Source: Octopus bimaculoides (lineage: Eukaryota). Taken from it: 36,938 nucleotides of DNA. The translations under genes were made by a program, and so were the position numbers. Within the stretch, counting starts at the first letter, position 1; every line of letters begins with the position of its first letter. Below are positions 24,213 to 34,738 of this stretch, piece by piece. The notes under the pieces are model-generated. The model did not search any database. It saw only the letters and a program-made list of their open reading frames with translations, and had not been told where the DNA came from. The stretch is taken from positions 23,919,095-23,956,032 of the forward strand of contig NC_068992.1 in the NCBI RefSeq assembly GCF_001194135.2, read 5' to 3'.

Positions 24213-24496
24213 ACACCGGTTATCAAGTGGTGGAGGAGAACACACATATACATTAACACACATACATGTATATATATATGTACACACACACATACATATA
24301 TACATACATACATTCATATATATATATGTGCATGAATATTTATATGTATGTATACACACATGTATATACACGACAGCTTTCAGTTTCCTCACAAATCTTT
24401 CACCAGTTCGGGGTTATAGTACAAGGTTCCGTGTAGAAGGACTGAACCTGGAACCATATGGTTTGGAAGCAAACTTCCTACCATGCAACCATGCCG
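24213..24496 (-). mobile_element. SINE family B, degenerate copy with expanded internal microsatellite
   Basis: acaccggttatcaagtgg + (CA/TA)n + cgacagctttcagtttcc...ggactgaacctggaaccatatgg...accatgcc. Confidence 0.65.
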
Positions 24497-25177
24497 ATAA
24501 GAAAGTATGGAAATCTGCCGCATTCATAGTGCGTTGGAGAGATCGGCAGCAAATTCTGGAAGAAGACATGTTTTATTTATAGACAGAGAGCTGGCCGTGG
24601 TTATTTAAATTATGTCATCCTTGATGAAAATAATGAAGATTAAAAGTCATAACCAAAGTACATATGAAGTCCATCAAATGTATCACTGCATGATCACATG
24701 AGAACTTCGGCCAGACCTCGTCCAGGTTTTCGAAATGTATTAAAGTCTATAGACGACACCGTGAACTCAGTAAACGCATACACATGCCTATATATATATA
24801 TATACATACGCATATAGGTACATACATACATACATATGTGTGTGTGTGTGTATATCTATACACCTCACAATGATTCATAATTGTACGTCAAATGAAGACA
24901 TACTTTGAAGTAAGCATATATAGTCTAAATATTCTTATTTATAGCCATTCGCAATTTACTTCTTAATGCTTCATTCTCATGAGTCGGTATTTTTCAGACA
25001 GGAAGATGGTCATAGAGCATCTTTCACAAGTATGTGGCTGCTGAAGATAAATTGTATAGATGCTGGTGTCTTTGCAAGTCGATAAAGCAGCACACAGTGG
25101 TCAATATTATCACATACCGATGAATATGACCATAAATATACTTGTATAACCGTTTTGAATATAGAAATCTCTCACAG

Positions 25178-25212
<35 letters not shown>

Positions 25213-25343
25213 TTTTTGTGTTCAATTGAAATAAAATCAATTTTATTTTAATCTAAGCGGTCGGTTACACTATACATTCGTAGAATTCTTTTTCTTGCAC
25301 AAGAGTGTTGTTGACGATGGGCTAGCTAGCCCAAACTACGAAA

Positions 25344-25344
25344 G

Positions 25345-25408
<64 letters not shown>

Positions 25409-25469
25409 CTGACAGGCAGACAGACAGGCAGGCAGAGAGGCAGACAGAAAGACAGACAGGCAGGCAGGC

Positions 25470-25504
<35 letters not shown>

Positions 25505-25541
25505 TATGTAGGTAGATAGATAGATAGATAGATAGATAGAT
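25344..25541. repeat. (GATA)n/(GACA)n/(GGCA)n compound microsatellite
   Basis: Directly visible. Confidence 0.95.
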
Positions 25542-25633
25542 CTATTTGGTAATATTAGCAACTGCATGTTATGGGTTTCGTCGGAAACCAAAAATGAAAT
25601 TTGGTCTTCCCTGTGTTGCTGACAGCGGTTAAA

Positions 25634-25861
25634 AAAGAAGAAGAAGAAGAAGAAGAAGAAGAAGAAGAAGAAGAAGAAGAAGAAGAAGAAGAAGAAGAAG
25701 AAGAAGAAGAAGAAGAAGAAGAAGAAGAAGAAGAAGAAGAAGAAGAAGAAGAAGAAGAAGAAGAAGAAGAAGAAGGAGGAGAAGGAGAAGAAGAAGAAGA
25801 AGAAGAAGAAGAAGAAGAAGAAGAAGAAGAAGAAGAAGAAGAAGAAGAAGAAGAAGAAGAG
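25634..25861. repeat. Long (GAA)n tract (~225 bp) with one short GGA interruption
   Basis: Directly visible; source of the poly-E and poly-L ORFs. Confidence 0.98.
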
Positions 25862-26577
25862 TTAAAACAGATCCATGTATGGTAACAATTAATCTGTTTG
25901 ATAATGAGACTGAAATTTTCTTCATAGATATTCTAAAGCAAAATGAACGCGTAAATGAAATTAATAATATATAGTTGCCGTTCTAGAGAGAAATCGCTGG
26001 ATAAATTGAATACGGCGATGTGTCGTGTGGAGCAAATTGGGAATAACTAAACAAAGATATTCGAGTGTTCTGTAGCGACACGTATTGTATTTTCTCTAGT
26101 AGAGACTGAAATAGAATAATTATATTGATAGCAGAGTGTATTGTCTTTCATTGTTAAGCCAGGGTTTAATATGTGTAGGAAATCAGTATTTCTGTTTATA
26201 AAGTCTACTTTGTATATCAGATATAAGGTCATCTCCTAAGTCAGCTAATACATGATATTGTCATGGGATTTTGAGACAATACATATTTTCTGTGCGTGTC
26301 AACATAAATATCTCAAATAATGGTTGAAAAGGTTACTTATGGATGAAAGAATTACAAAGGTTTATAAATAGGTAACTAGAGAAAATGTTTATTACCACAT
26401 AAAGTTAAGGTAAATTAACGATGTCATGTTCTAAAAACTATATTGAAGTATGCAGATTCGACAAAAGCTGTTTGCTATTGATGCAGCCCAAATATGATAC
26501 CGATTCCATGAAGAACAAGTTTGATATTATCGTACAATATTTGTCTGTGATAAAGGGTGTGACGTTACAGCGTTGAA

Positions 26578-26785
26578 CTGGCGGAATGGCTAGCACGCTG
26601 GACAAAATGCTTAACAGCATTTCGTACGTCTTTACGTTCTGTGTTCAAATTTCACCGAGGTTAACTTTGCATTTCGTCCTTTCGAAATCGATAAAATAAA
26701 AACCTGTCATGTACTGATGTCGATATAATAGACTAACTGCCTTCCCAAGAAAATATTAGTCTTTATACCTGTAGGAGAAAGGACC
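26578..26785 (+). mobile_element. SINE family C, degenerate copy followed by (CAT)n
   Basis: ggcggaatggctagcacgctggacaaaatgcttaacagcatttcg...gttcaaatttcaccgagg...gataaaataaaaacc. Confidence 0.75.
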
Positions 26786-26946
26786 ATCATCATCATCATC
26801 ATTGTCATTGTCATCATCATCATCGTCATCATCATAATCGTCATCGTCATCATCATCGTCATTGTCATCATCCTCATCGTCAGCGTCATCATCACCAACG
26901 TCATCATCATCGTCATCATCATCATCATCATCATCATCGTCATCAT
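26785..26946. repeat. (CAT/CGT)n trinucleotide tract
   Basis: Directly visible; source of the poly-D and poly-M ORFs. Confidence 0.95.
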
Positions 26947-27102
26947 TTATTACGCTAGTGCATGCTAATTTAGTCAGCAGGTACATTATCTTAAATGTCT
27001 GATGACAACAAGCTTCCTCTACGATTCTTGCACACTATAGGATGGTTCTTCTGTGCAGGTCGACACTGCGTGTTTCAATTCCACTCTGTTTCAGTCGTTA
27101 AG

Positions 27103-27158
27103 GTAGTAGTAGTAGTAGTAGTAGAAGCAGCAGCAGTAGCAGCAGCAACAGCAGCCGC

Positions 27159-27208
<50 letters not shown>

Positions 27209-27236
27209 CAGCAGCAGCAGCCGCAGTAGTAGTAGT
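27103..27236. repeat. (GTA)n/(GCA)n trinucleotide tract
   Basis: Directly visible. Confidence 0.95.
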
Positions 27237-27479
27237 TCTCAAGCGAGTAAAATGTAATTTGGGGTAAGATTATGCTATTATTTGTAATAAGTCGGACGAC
27301 ACACAGACTCCATCGTTGGCTCCAGCGAAACGACATGTCTCGAAATGTAATATGAATTTGAATACTATCATCTAATATAATAATACTCTTGTGGTTTTCT
27401 CTGTCACACCATATGAATGAGAAAAGCAAGGGCGATAGACGAATACGGAAGGAAGGGGCGATGGCAAAGTTGCAGTGGG

Positions 27480-27684
27480 AGCGTTTCAACTGTGGGAGTA
27501 TATATGTGTGTATGTAAAGGGGGTGGGGGGGTATGAGAATGTTTGTGCGTGTGCGTGTGTGCGTGTGTGTGTGCGTGAGTGCAATAGAAGTTAGATGGTG
27601 AACATTCAACACTGAAAAAAGAAAAATCAAACAGCATTTCAACTTTGGGTGCCTGTATGTGTGCGGAAAATGGAGGTATGCGGT

Positions 27685-27737
<53 letters not shown>

Positions 27738-27830
27738 AATGAAAATGGGATGGTGAACATTCAACGCTGAAAAAAGAAAAATCAAACAGCGTTTCAACTT
27801 TGTGCGAGTATATGTGTGTGTATGTATGTG
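27480..27830. repeat. Tandem duplication, ~155 bp period, with embedded (GT)n
   Basis: gcaat...gatggtgaacattcaac(a/g)ctgaaaaaagaaaaatcaaacagc(a/g)tttcaacttt at 27581-27646 and 27736-27801; a partial third unit gcgtttcaactgtg at about 27481. Confidence 0.9.
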
Positions 27831-28003
27831 CTTGTACAAGGTAAGTATCTGAATGTGTGTAGGTGTGAACCGGCGTTCTTTCAGTAACAAACGATGATCG
27901 ATGTCACATCCCAAAAGACAACCACTAGATAACAATGACAAGCGTATTAATTCGATTTACCATCCATATTTATATATAAGATACTACAATTAGCCGTCAT
28001 TTT

Positions 28004-28185
28004 CGTCTGCCGTAACATTCTGAGTTCAAATTCCGCAGCGGTCGACTTTGCCTTTCATCCTTTCGGGGTCGATTAAATAAGCATCAGTTACGCACTGGGG
28101 TCGATGTAAGAAACTTAATCCCTTTGTCTGTCTTTGTTTGTCCCCTCTATGTTTAGCCCCGTTTGGACAAAAAGAAATATATATT
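28004..28185 (+). mobile_element. 5'-truncated SINE family C with a 20 bp target-site duplication
   Basis: ctacaattagccgtcatttt at 27984-28003 and 28186-28205 flanks the SINE body. Confidence 0.92.
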
Positions 28186-29529
28186 CTACAATTAGCCGTC
28201 ATTTTTTACGGTACGGCGGGGACAGCTAGTTTGTATATAATTTATTAAATATAAATTTTCAGTGTCTCGCAGTACCAACTACGGACGTTATCGACGTGTT
28301 GATAACCATGAAAAATCTGTAGGTGTAAATACTATTGGCTTTATTATATACGATATACGGGCTTTATTAGCTAAATATCTCTCAAATAATATAGATTTGA
28401 AGATGTGAAATAATACAGTTAAATATTGTTTTTTACTACTGGTTAACGACAGAATATTTTTCAGAGGATAGCTGTCAATTAAGTGATCGCATTACGTTAA
28501 CGGCACCGGCACATATTTTATCAACTCTGGAGTCAGTAGAAATGGGCGTGAGAGTATCATATTCATAACAGCAGTAATACGGGATGGTCATGGCTGTAAC
28601 TACAGCTCAAAACAACATGACAGACCAAATATTGTTGGTCCCACATTATTCTAACTTATCAATCCAATTTCCTCTTTCATAAAGTTTTCGTATATATATA
28701 TATATATATATATATATATNNNNNNNNNNNNNNNNNNNNNNNNNNNNNNNNNNNNNNNNNNNNNNNNNNNNNNNNNNNNNNNNNNNNNNNNNNNNNNNNN
28801 NNNNNNNNNNNNNNNNNNNNNNNNNNNNNNNNNNNNNNNNNNNNNNNNNNNNNNNNNNNNNNNNNNNNNNNNNNNNNNNNNNNNNNNNNNNNNNNNNNNN
28901 NNNNNNNNNNNNNNNNNNNNNNNNNNNNNNNNNNNNNNNNNNNNNNNNNNNNNNNNNNNNNNNNNNNNNNNNNNNNNNNNNNNNNNNNNNNNNNNNNNNN
29001 NNNNNNNNNNNNNNNNNNNNNNNNNNNNNNNNNNNNNNNNNNNNNNNNNNNNNNNNNNNNNNNNNNNNNNNNNNNNNNNNNNNNNNNNNNNNNNNNNNNN
29101 NNNNNNNNNNNNNNNNNNNNNNNNNNNNNNNNNNNNNNNNNNNNNNNNNNNNNNNNNNNNNNNNNNNNNNNNNNNNNNNNNNNNNNNNNNNNNNNNNTAT
29201 ATATATATATTTATATATATATTTATATATACATATATATACTTTTAGATGGACACTGTTTATTGAGTGTGTAATGTAATGGCGGATCGGTTTTAAAAAC
29301 ATTGAAGTTTTATCTTTCATTAAAATATATTAATATAAAATGCAGTCGACCACAACCGTTTTCGTTCATGTGCTACTGAAAATTAGTTGTATCTTCGTCT
29401 GTTTGATGGGTACTGAGATCAATCAGCTCACTCAATAACACTTCAAGCGGTGTGTCTGCAAATATGCAAACACCCGATCAAACCAAAACATTTATTTACC
29501 TACCTACGTACATAACTACATACCTAACT

Positions 29530-29548
29530 ACCGAACTTCCTTCCTACA

Positions 29549-29587
<39 letters not shown>

Positions 29588-29660
29588 ATATATATATATC
29601 TATCAGTCTGTCTGTCTGTCTGTCTGTCTTTCTGTCTATCTATCTATCTATCTATGTATA
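29530..29660. repeat. (TCTA)n/(TCTG)n microsatellite
   Basis: Directly visible. Confidence 0.9.
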
Positions 29661-29924
29661 TATCTATGCATATNNNNNNNNNNNNNNNNNNNNNNNNNNN
29701 NNNNNNNNNNNNNNNNNNNNNNNNNNNNNNNNNNNNNNNNNNNNNNNNNNNNNNNNNNNNNNNNNNNNNNNNNNNNNNNNNNNNNNNNNNNNNNNNNNNN
29801 NNNNNNNNNNNNNNNNNNNNNNNNNNNNNNNNNNNNNNNNNNNNNNNNNNNNNNNNNNNNNNNNNNNNNNNNNNNNNNNNNNNNNNNNNNNNNNNNNNNN
29901 NNNNNNNNNNNNNNNNNNNNNNNN

Positions 29925-29976
<52 letters not shown>

Positions 29977-30122
29977 AGAGCGAGTGGACAAACGAAAGTG
30001 CACTCAACAGATTTATTGGGAGTAACATGTATTGTTGAAAATAGTTTGATTCGGATCCCGTGCTACTTCAAATTTCTGGGAGATGCAGGAAATCCAAGGT
30101 TGATACCAGTAGATGGGCTGCA

Positions 30123-30408
30123 ATTGACCAAGAAAAGTCACGTGATATCACAAAGCCGCTAAGAAAGCAACAGCAATTACATGGGAAAAATTTGCACATA
30201 AATAAACACACACGCACGCATGCACTCACATACGTGCACACAAACTCATATTCCCACATTCCTACATACCCCATTGACCCCACAGCCAGCCGTACTGTCA
30301 CCTCCAATTTTCCTTCTAAGCGCGCGGCCAAAGAAACTCCATTTACTCATGTAACTGCTGTCGCTTTCTTATCTATACTGTGACATCACATGACTTTCCT
30401 TAACCAAT
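30123..30408. mobile_element. MITE-like element with ~60 bp imperfect terminal inverted repeats
   Basis: aagaaaagtcacgtgatatcaca...taagaaagcaacagcaattacatg (30130-30183) versus the reverse complement of 30348-30402, aaggaaagtcatgtgatgtcaca...taagaaagcgacagcagttacatg. No clear TSD. Confidence 0.65.
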
Positions 30409-30561
30409 ATATACATATATATATATATATGAGAGATTTGGTCTCCAGAAGACCCAAGGTGGCAAGTAAAGCTACGTACGTGTTACGGAAGGGCCGTAGT
30501 TAAACCCTCGATCTAATAATAATACGAGTGAAGAGTCTAATGCAGGTCTTGTATGAGCACG

Positions 30562-30700
30562 TATATGCTAAATAAAATGAGACAACAAAGCCAAGGCTGT
30601 GTGGAATTTTCATGACATTTATCAAAAGAAAGTTAGGCTTGCAACTGTTTCTGGAATTTTATATCCCTTCATCAGAGATGATGTGAGATGGCTGATTAGA
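30562..30700 (-). mobile_element. Penelope-like repeat with hammerhead motif (family E), minus copy
   Basis: rc: catctcacatcatct-CTGATGA-AGGGATATAAAATTCCA-GAAA-CAGTTGC...cagccttggctttgttgtctcattttatttagcatata; core at 30675-30669. Confidence 0.75.
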
Positions 30701-31485
30701 GGGCAATATTATAGTTCAATATAAGGAGTTATTTTGGAAAAGGAGGGAAATAAGAAGTATAAAGGAAATAAGAGAATAAAAGTAAAAATAAAAATAAAAA
30801 TATGTGTGGGATGTTATAGTAGCAGTTGTATTATCCAAGGAAAGTGGTGTGTAGAAGTGGTAGAAATGCTTCTTGCCCATGTTGTATATTCCAATAGGAG
30901 TTCCTATTTTGTCATTACAAATGGGAAGTGTGGAGACGTAGATTCTATGTGCTGTTCATTCGAAAGTGTCTTGTGGCGTGAATGAAATTTTGAGAATGTA
31001 GCGGTTGTATTAAGTAGATAGAGAGGGAAAAAAAGATGTGTATGTTAAAATGAAGAGAATGGTCAAAAGGAATAGGCGAGGAAAGCAGAAAAAAAGAAAG
31101 AGGAGAAAAGATATTATGAGAGGAATGGGAGAGGAGTAGGGAAGGGATAGGAAGACATAAGAATGTAAGCAGGGGTGATATGTTTGAAAGGCATTAAGGT
31201 GGAGGGAAGGTACAGAAAATGGTACAGGGGGCTTACTAAAGTTAGTCGTAAACCTCAAAAAGGAAGGGAAAAATAATAAGATATAATGGTCAAGTTTCTA
31301 AAAATAGACGGAGGTGTTTATTGTTCTGGTTAATGTGATAGTGGGGGCTGAGGAATCAGAGAGAGAAAGAAAAATACGTATATAGATTTACGCACGCACG
31401 CACACACATACATATACGAGTGTATATGCACTATTATATTGGCCGACATATTTATGTACTTAGACCCATACGCATTTCCTTCTAT

Positions 31486-31622
31486 TTAGCTATCTCACAT
31501 CATCTCTGATGAAGGTATATCTCTAATATCTCAGAAACAGCTGAAAGTCTAACGTTCTCTTTATAAGTGTCCTGGAAATTCCAAACAGCCTTGGCTCTGT
31601 TGTCTCATTGTATTTAACATAT
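31486..31622 (+). mobile_element. Family E, plus copy (inverted partner of 30562-30700)
   Basis: tatctcacatcatct-CTGATGA-AGGTATATCTCTAATATCTCA-GAAA-CAGCTGA...cagccttggctctgttgtctcattgtatttaacatata; core at 31506-31512. Confidence 0.75.
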
Positions 31623-31637
31623 ATGTATGTGTGTGTG

Positions 31638-31994
31638 GCAGCGGACTCGCGGTCATATAATCGCGGTTTCGATTCCGAGACCGGGCGTTGTGAGAGTTTA
31701 TTGAGTGAAAACACCTAAAGCTCCACAAGGCTCTGGCAGGGGATGGTAGCGAACCCTGCTGTACTCTTTCACCACAACTTTCTCTCACTCTTACTTCCTG
31801 TTTCTGTCGTGCCTGTAATTCAAAGGGTCAGCGTAATCACACTGTGTCACGCTGAATATGCCCCAGAACTACGTTAAGGGTACACCTGTCTGTGGAGTAC
31901 CCAGCAACTTGAACGTTAATTTCACGAGCAGACTGTTCCGTTGATCGGATCAACTGGAACCCTCGACGTCGTAAGCGACGGAGTGCCAACAACA
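31638..31994 (+). mobile_element. tRNA-derived SINE (family F), ~355 bp
   Basis: tRNA-like head with B-box ggtttcgattcc, GC-richer body, ends gacggagtgccaacaacaa and is followed by a microsatellite. Single copy here, so family status rests on recall. Confidence 0.7.
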
Positions 31995-32006
31995 AATGTG
32001 TGTGTG

Positions 32007-32040
<34 letters not shown>

Positions 32041-32127
32041 CGTGTGTGTATGCATATAAACATATGTATGCATGCATATATATGCGTGTATGTATCTGTA
32101 TGTGTGTGTGCGCGTAAGTGTGTGTGT

Positions 32128-32162
<35 letters not shown>

Positions 32163-32172
32163 NNNNNNNNNN

Positions 32173-32212
<40 letters not shown>

Positions 32213-33457
32213 ATGTAAGAATACTATGTGGGAGAATCGGAAGTCGTTTATATGACTTCCGAGAGCGTTTTTACTCACACAGAAATATGAATGTCGCTGT
32301 GACCTGACACTTAGTTACCCTTTAGCTGGCAGTCGCAGGAGCACACCCAACATATACTCTTTTATTTTTATCTTCAGGAACTACCGTTGTCTAAATTGGT
32401 AAAAGTTCAGCTCAGGAAATGGCACACAATCTGTAAATCACCTTCCTTTTCTTTACTCTGTCCACTAATTTTAGTTTGACCTATATCAACTTTGTATATC
32501 GTTGAGCCTCTGTATATATATGTGTGTATTAACATTCGCACGGGTGTGTATTCATGCATGTGTGAATATGCGTTTGTTTGTGTGTGTGCGTATGTATATG
32601 TATATGATGGTTTGCAACGGCCCCACGTACAACCGGACGGAATCTCAAACTATATTAAAAGAATTCTGATACCAAACAAACTTTCAGAGTTGCTTTTAAT
32701 TCTTTAGCTTTTAAACCAACCATATCAGGCAAAGATATTTTATCTGCTTTATATTCAAATGTGCCAGATCACTTTTCTTACATCTACACAACAATACCAT
32801 CCCTGCCCCAAAAAATAAAGCAATCATATCGTCATAATCCTGAAGGTACAAGGTCATTCATGATTAATTCAAAAGAATGTGAATAAATAAGTATTACATT
32901 TGACAGAGTAATGTGAATTTTAAATGCTTAAATATATATACTCAGTCACAAATCAGAGAGCCTACATCTATTTAAAAGAGGTAAGCCTGTGATGACTGGC
33001 AGAAAACAGAGTCGTTATACGTTTAGTAGACATCTAAGCATTAAAATCATGAAAACGAAAATAATTATCAGGAATGTAATTTATACATACATACATATAT
33101 ATATATATATANNNNNNNNNNNNNNNNNNNNNNNNNNNNNNNNNNNNNNNNNNNNNNNNNNNNNNNNNNNNNNNNNNNNNNNNNNNNNNNNNNNNNNNNN
33201 NNNNNNNNNNNNNNATGTATGTGTTAATGTATGTATGTATTTATTTATGTACGTATCTATATGTTACACATCTATTATATCATACCTAGATACAGTGTGG
33301 ACTAAGATCCCCGTTGACAGACCGCTGGTATTTATAGGGTGTTAAACACTTTCGTTATGCAAATAAGGGACTTCTTCACAGAGTAACTGCTCCATTTGTT
33401 GAGTATATAAACAGTTTGGTTGATGTTTTCTCTGGAGGCTGTCAGAATGCTGTAGAC

Positions 33458-33498
33458 GCTTCTGATGAGAATCCATAGGGTTCGAAAATCGATTAAGT
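33458..33498 (+). ncRNA. Minimal type-I hammerhead ribozyme motif, intact core
   Basis: GCTT-CTGATGA-GAATCC-ATA-GGGTTC-GAAA-ATCGATT-A-AGT: 6 bp stem II, palindromic AATCGATT stem III, UUA site, short stem I. Confidence 0.75.
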
Positions 33499-34179
33499 TT
33501 TTTCATAATTTTTTTTCCAGTCTGCGGATAAATATAGCAAAATGTTGCCCTGTTTATAATTATACCATATTTTACTTATATATAGGCAGTTACATATTTA
33601 TTTATTTAGATAGATAGATAGATATTAAGAGTTATTTTCAACATGTTCGAGTGCATTTCGATGGGATAACACCTTTCGCCCTCAGAACAGTAAGTTGTAA
33701 ATTCCCACCGCATACTTATGTAAAAGCACATTTTAGTCTAGGCTGAGATTGAAGCTTTTGTATAGGAGGACGGATACATTGCGCTTCATCATGTACGAAG
33801 ACAAACCCAGTCACTCATACGTATATATGTGTGTCTGTGTGTCTGTCTGGCTGTGTTTCTGTGCGCGTACATATATATGCATACATATTTATGTGTATAT
33901 GTATGCATTTATGTTTGTATATATGTATGTATGAGTGTATGTATATTCATAATCTCTAGTATGCCATTAATCGTATCATGCCATTCACTCCAAGATTGTA
34001 ATGCCTTCGTTTATGAGCTACTAATTAAACTACAGAAGTAAATTAATTTCCCTGTGATCTTAATATAATTTAATTTGAAAACAAATTTACACTGACGGCT
34101 TTTCCTTTATAGCGTCTACACTATAAGCAAACCTCATACTTTATAATAAAGTAGTAATTTGCCTGATAGAGAAGGAAAC

Positions 34180-34400
34180 CCGACTGTTCTGTGGAACTGA
34201 GCAGACTGCATAGTCATGTTTCTGTGGTTACAAATCTGAAAGACACGTCATTCGCAGAATCAAGCAGATCACCTGATTTTTTTTCCGCCTGTAATTACTT
34301 CTGTTGGAGCTATTCCAAAGGAATAGTATTCATCAATGACAGCCGCACATCAGATGAGTTAAAAGCTGCAATCTTTAAAAGAAAATTAAGGTAATACAAT
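34180..34400 (+). mobile_element. Tc1/mariner transposase C-terminal relic
   Basis: SSRSPDFFSACNYFCWSYSKGIVFINDSRTSDELKAAI resembles the family motif WPPRSPDL.PCD.FLWGYLK..V....P.T..ELK.AI. Confidence 0.7.
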
Positions 34401-34529
34401 ACGACGATGGTGTAGCGCACAAATCAGAAATTTCAGACAGGCTACGCTATAGGTCTGAACCTGTAGAAACCAATTCGTTGGTATTGTTTTCTGGATTAAA
34501 TGAACAAACATTTGTCTTATTCGTGTTTT

Positions 34530-34595
34530 GCGTACTGGGGTCGATCTAATCGACTGACTCCCTCCTCAAAAATTTCAGGCCTTGTGCCTATAATT
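34530..34595 (+). mobile_element. SINE family C 3' fragment (variant tail)
   Basis: gcgtactggggtcgatctaatcgactgactccctcctcaaaaatttcaggccttgtgcct matches 21650-21710. Confidence 0.8.
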
Positions 34596-34702
34596 TGGGA
34601 ATCTTTTGTCAAACATTTCTGACCTCTTCAGCGACTTTTCCATTCCACGTATTTTCTCCTGTTGCGTTTACTTCATAGAGAATGGATTACATCATTACTA
34701 TC

Positions 34703-34703
34703 G

Positions 34704-34738
<35 letters not shown>
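34703..34738. repeat. (GTT)n microsatellite
   Basis: Directly visible. Confidence 0.95.

Larger units (their letters stand above)
5658..33214. other. 14 assembly gaps (N runs), nearly all bounded by microsatellites
   Basis: N runs start at about 5658, 6779, 7151, 8540, 9871, 11706, 13316, 15512, 17741, 19230, 28720, 29674, 32163 and 33112. Confidence 0.98.

Noticed and set aside
29350-29425. Very degenerate hammerhead on the minus strand (CAGACGA...GAAAACGGTTG)
   Set aside because: The core is mutated, there is no convincing stem II and the palindrome is imperfect.
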